Part shown: positions 59,231 to 64,000 of the stretch, piece by piece
How positions within the stretch are numbered: position 1 is the stretch's first letter
Layout: each line of letters opens with the position of its first letter
Source of the DNA: Octopus vulgaris
Taxonomy: Eukaryota
NCBI GenBank assembly: GCA_951406725.2
Contig: OX597839.1
Coordinates: 6,696,001-6,760,000, forward strand
Reading direction: 5' to 3'
Length of the DNA: 64,000 nucleotides
The notes under the pieces: model-generated
Databases searched by the model: none
The model's input: the letters and a program-made list of their open reading frames with translations, nothing else
Told to the model about the DNA's origin: nothing
Made by a program: the position numbers and the translations under genes

Positions 59231-59680
59231 TAGGTCTGTTATCATACCAAAGCCTAGTGGGTAAATTTTGTAGACGAAAACTGGAAGAAGCCTGTCGTGT
59301 ACACACACACACACACACACACAATAAGTTTGAAAATGGAGAGATTCTGTGGATATGAATTGATTTATTAATTATTTACCATTGTCTACAATTGTCTCAC
59401 TTCGCACCCGATTTAAATTACAAAACATATATAATGATATAAGCTTGCATTTTGAGTAGTATGGGTGGAAGATCTTCAGGGCAAAATGGACATTATGGAG
59501 TTTCCATTTTGATCAATTGAAATACTCCGACTAAGCATATGAAAGCGTACTTGTGCGCGCGCGCTGCGTATGTGTATGTGTGTGCGTGCATTCGTTAATA
59601 TATTTATTTTTATTTAAATACAATACAACAACGATGATGATGATGATGATGATGATGATAATAACAACAATAATAATAAT

Positions 59681-59748
<68 letters not shown>

Positions 59749-59863
59749 TGAAGAATGAAAATAAAGACTAATAACAGGTAATGAAAATAATGAAATATTA
59801 CATTAATAATAAAGTAAAAATAAAATAAATTGAAATAATGAGTAAGTATATGTTCGTGTGTTC

Positions 59864-60036
59864 GGCGGCGAACTGGCAGAAACGTTAGCACGCCGAACGA
59901 AATGCTTAATGGTACCAGGCTTACATAAAGAAACTAACGTCCCGGTGTCGATTTTCTCGACTACAAACCCTTCAAGGCGGTGCCCCAGCGTGGCCGCAGT
60001 CAAGTGACTGAAGCAAGTAAAAAATAAAAAATAAAA
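59864..60036 (+). mobile_element. Chimeric SINE (B head plus A tail)
   Basis: GGCGGCGAACTGGCAGAAACGTTAGCACGCC joined to GTACCAGGCTTAC..GGCGGTGCCCCAGC..GACTGAAGCAAG. Confidence 0.8.
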
Positions 60037-60063
60037 GATATACACATCATATAAAAACACATG

Positions 60064-60563
60064 CATAAGCTATTGGGAAAGACTCAAGAGATTAATACTC
60101 TATTCCTTAGAGCGTAAGCGAGAAAGATATGCCATAATATACATCTGGAAGATCCTGGAAGGACTTGTCCCAAACTTTGGCATCGAGAGTTACCAAATAC
60201 TAGAACTGGGCACCACTGCATAGTGCCAAGGACTCCAAATTTGCCATCAAGATGTAGGACAAGATACTGTGATAGCCTGGGCTTCAGAGGCCCACAGCTC
60301 TTCAATATCCTCCCGAAGAACCTGAGAGACCTGCATGGGGTGGATGCAGATGTCCTTAAAATAAAGTTGGATCTCTTCCTGTCAATGTGTCCCAGATGAA
60401 CCAACTTCACGGCAGGAGGTGCAGATGAGGGCAGCTGCATCGAACTCTCTCATGCACCAAATGGCAATTGCTAAAAAGCATTCGTGAAGTAAAATCATGT
60501 AGCAACACCGAATGGCAGTGCCCCAGAATGGCCACAGCTCGTGAGCTGAAACTAGATAAAAAG
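60064..60563 (+). pseudogene. 5'-truncated CR1-clade LINE: RT C-terminus plus 3' UTR
   Basis: SYWERLKRLILYSLERKRERYAIIYIWKILEGLVPN..GPQLFNILPKNLR..KLDLFL..PDEP..RAAASNSL, with frameshifts. Confidence 0.9.
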
Positions 60564-60989
60564 AAAATGAAATATATATTCTTCAGAATAACGTTATCCA
60601 CCATGACCGCGTTATCCTGTCTGATTTGAAGTAGATTTCGTAGCCATTTCTAACAGATCACCTGTCCACTTAGACTCTCCCCAGGGGTTGTTCTTATTGC
60701 TGCTATTGTTTCCGTTTCTGCTACTTTTAGAGTTGTTCTCAATGTTGTTGTTGTTGTTGTTGTTGTTGCTGTTGTAGTTATTGTTGCTGGTATAGTGGTG
60801 ACAATGACGATAATAACGTCGACTACGATGATGATGGCGACGATGATATTTTAGATGTGTCAAGGCGATTTTGATTCAATACCCATTGAGATGACAGCGA
60901 CCCCCCCACCAACTAACCCCCACCCCCCAACACCACCACCACCAAAAGAAAAAAAATAATGTCAACGAATGAATGACTATTGTCAAATG

Positions 60990-61470
<481 letters not shown>

Positions 61471-61713
61471 ATGATGACGGCAACGATGACGATGACGTCG
61501 GCGGCATCAACAAAGATAATGTTGATGCTGACGACGGAGACGACGACGATGACGATGACGATGATGAAGTCTGTGATAATGATAACAAAGAAGAAGAGGA
61601 AGGAGAAGGAGAAGAAGAGGAAGAGGAAGAGGAAAATGAAGAAGAAGACGACGACGACGACGATGATGTTTTAAATGTGTCAACCTGATTTGATTACGCA
61701 GTTACACCCCCGC

Positions 61714-61750
<37 letters not shown>

Positions 61751-62364
61751 CATCACCACCACCACCACCATCGCCACCATCATGCTCATCATGCACACAA
61801 CATTCAAATCCTCTCCCCCTACCACACGCCCTACTATAAAACCACCACGTGACACACTTCTCCACAACACTGCACAGAACACTGCTCCCCACCGCATCAT
61901 GCCCACACCACGTGCACCACCCGACGCCGCCCTGAACTGCACCATACTATACAACCGTCAATGAAGATATGATACAATGAGTTCCAGCTCCAGAATGGAC
62001 ACTCCAGATGATTGATGAAGACAACAGTTCCATAATTCTTTCTTTCAATGAGGTCTCGAGTTCGCGTTGGCGGATGGGTCGTTGATGCGACGTTTTTTTT
62101 TTCGTTCTCTTTTACGGATGTTTGTTTTGTTGCTTTCTTTTAACTTTTATGTATGTGCGCGATGGGGGATATCACTTTATGAAGATAAGGAGGTATATAT
62201 TTTTTTTTCTGGCTCATTTCTTGGACAGGAAATATAATTGTAAAATGACCAACGACAATAACAACAGCAACAATAATAATCATAAGTGTAATAATGCTTA
62301 TTGTCTTCATCATATATCCCAAAAGTTTATATGGGGTTCTGTAAAGTATAGATGCATTTTCTTA

Positions 62365-62497
62365 TTTGTTTACTGCCCACAAGGGGTTACATACAGAGGG
62401 GACAAACAAGGACCGGCAAACGGATTAAGTCGATTATATCGATCCCAGTGCGTAACTGGTATTTATCTAATCGACCCCGAAAGGAGGAAAGGCAAAG
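62365..62497 (-). mobile_element. SINE B 3' part
   Basis: CCCACAAGGGG..GATTAAGTCGATTATATCGATCCCAGTGCGTAACTGGTA. Confidence 0.87.
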
Positions 62498-62990
62498 GGT
62501 GATCTCATATCAAGATAAACAGCGCATGACCTTGCAGGTGGGACCCAGTTAGAATTTTCTTCTGGTCGAGTAACCCATCTCACTCAAAAGGTCCCTGAAT
62601 AAGGTTTCTTTAAGGATGTTGAACAATACACCTATGTTTCTAACACCAAAGAATCCCTCTCAAGACATGGCTATGGTGCTCCGCCACTACTTCTGCTCGT
62701 GATCAGAGATGCCCATATCGTCAGCCACTAAGGGACATGCTCAACTGGTTAAAGTCAAACAACTGACAAGCAAATCTGTGGTATTGAGCAGAATATTTGC
62801 TGGATCCCATCTTTTATACCAAGACAAAACAATGTACATGATAACACTTCCAATCAGTTAAGATCAGAAGATTATTATTATTTATTATAATCATTATTAT
62901 TATTATAACCCTTTCTAACTTTCGTCCTGTGTTTTGTCCCTTTATGTTTTAATTGATTTTTGTTAGCCCTTGTGGCCAATAAACGAACGA

Positions 62991-63073
<83 letters not shown>

Positions 63074-63078
<5 letters not shown>

Positions 63079-63144
63079 TCACTGCCTGGAATCGAACTCG
63101 GAATCTTGGGGTTAGTAGCCCGCGCTCTTAACCCCGCACGCCAT
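63074..63144 (-). mobile_element. Isolated tRNA-like SINE head running into (AAT)n
   Basis: Minus strand TGGCGTG..GGTTAAGAGCGCGGGCTACTAACCCCAAGATTCCGAGTTCGATTCC then AATAAT.. Confidence 0.6.
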
Positions 63145-63679
63145 ATAAATTGGAGTAATAAGGATTACAACATTCATGCTTGCGATCGAAATCATAACCA
63201 CAACTGGTCAATAATATACCACCAGATCAGTATTGTCCTGCACGTGTTAGCAGTGCGTTTAAGTAGTTATCAAAATTATTCAAGAACGACGAAATTGTTT
63301 ATCAGTTGTATAGCACTTTCATAATCGCTTCAGTATATTATCTGATGTCCTGGGTAGTTATTTAATACAGTTTCTATTGTCTGCACCTAACGTTAACGTT
63401 AATAAGTACACATTTCTACGTCTAGCTCGCAAGATGTTTTCTGCATAGATTTCTCTGAGATCCATAGGTCAGCAAATAAATGAAACTACGACTGAGCTGG
63501 GGTCCAATGAATGTGAAAGTGAAACTGAAACTGAAAGTGAAAGTACTAATGGTTTTACATTTCTTTTGCACCTGTAACCACAGAAATATCTATAAACTCT
63601 TTCGAAGGTATGGTCTACTGGAACTGCTGCTAACGTCATTACTTTAACACTTCTAGTGACACTGCTGCGTATAGAAGCT

Positions 63680-63720
63680 ACTACTACTACTACTACTAGT
63701 GGTGGTGGAGGTGGTGGTAT

Positions 63721-63781
<61 letters not shown>

Positions 63782-63905
63782 CGTCGTAGTCGTCATCAAC
63801 GTCGTCGTCGTAGTATTATTTTTATTATTATTATTATTATTATAATTATTATTATTAGTAGTAGTAGTAGTGGTAGTAGTAGTAGTGGTAGTGGTAGTAG
63901 TAGTA

Positions 63906-63938
<33 letters not shown>

Positions 63939-63941
63939 GTC

Positions 63942-63975
<34 letters not shown>
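63680..63975. repeat. (TAG)/(TCG)/(ATT) compound array
   Basis: Directly visible. Confidence 0.93.
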
Positions 63976-64000
63976 CATCGTTGCAATTATTGTCGTCAAC

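Noticed and set aside
60084-60440. 118-aa minus-strand ORF
   Set aside because: Antisense shadow of the LINE RT fragment
62498-62870. Probable interspersed repeat
   Set aside because: Single copy in the window with no diagnostic termini

Overview
Eukaryotic, AT-rich, gene-poor DNA dominated by microsatellites and short interspersed repeats. The repeat families look like those of an octopus (coleoid cephalopod) genome; I recognise them from memory and did not verify this by search. No intact host gene is supported, and nearly all ORF-track entries are translations of simple repeats. Recognisable content: (1) several tRNA-headed SINE families; (2) three decayed CR1-clade LINE 3' ends and one Ty3/gypsy integrase fragment; (3) six copies of a ~410-bp MITE with GG-ended TIRs, 8-bp TSDs (Merlin-like) and an internal TTAGGG/G-rich module; (4) single piggyBac-, Tc1/mariner-, hAT-, Helitron- and Helentron-like elements. 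The most interesting signal is a set of short non-coding elements, usually next to (TA)n tracts, that carry minimal hammerhead-ribozyme motifs with covarying stems. Some are inverted, tandem or circularly permuted, resembling Penelope-like pLTRs or retrozymes. Also notable are a SINE/LINE shared 3' stem-loop with compensatory changes and a MITE flanked by a 110-bp duplication. Coordinates were read by eye and may be off by a few bases.
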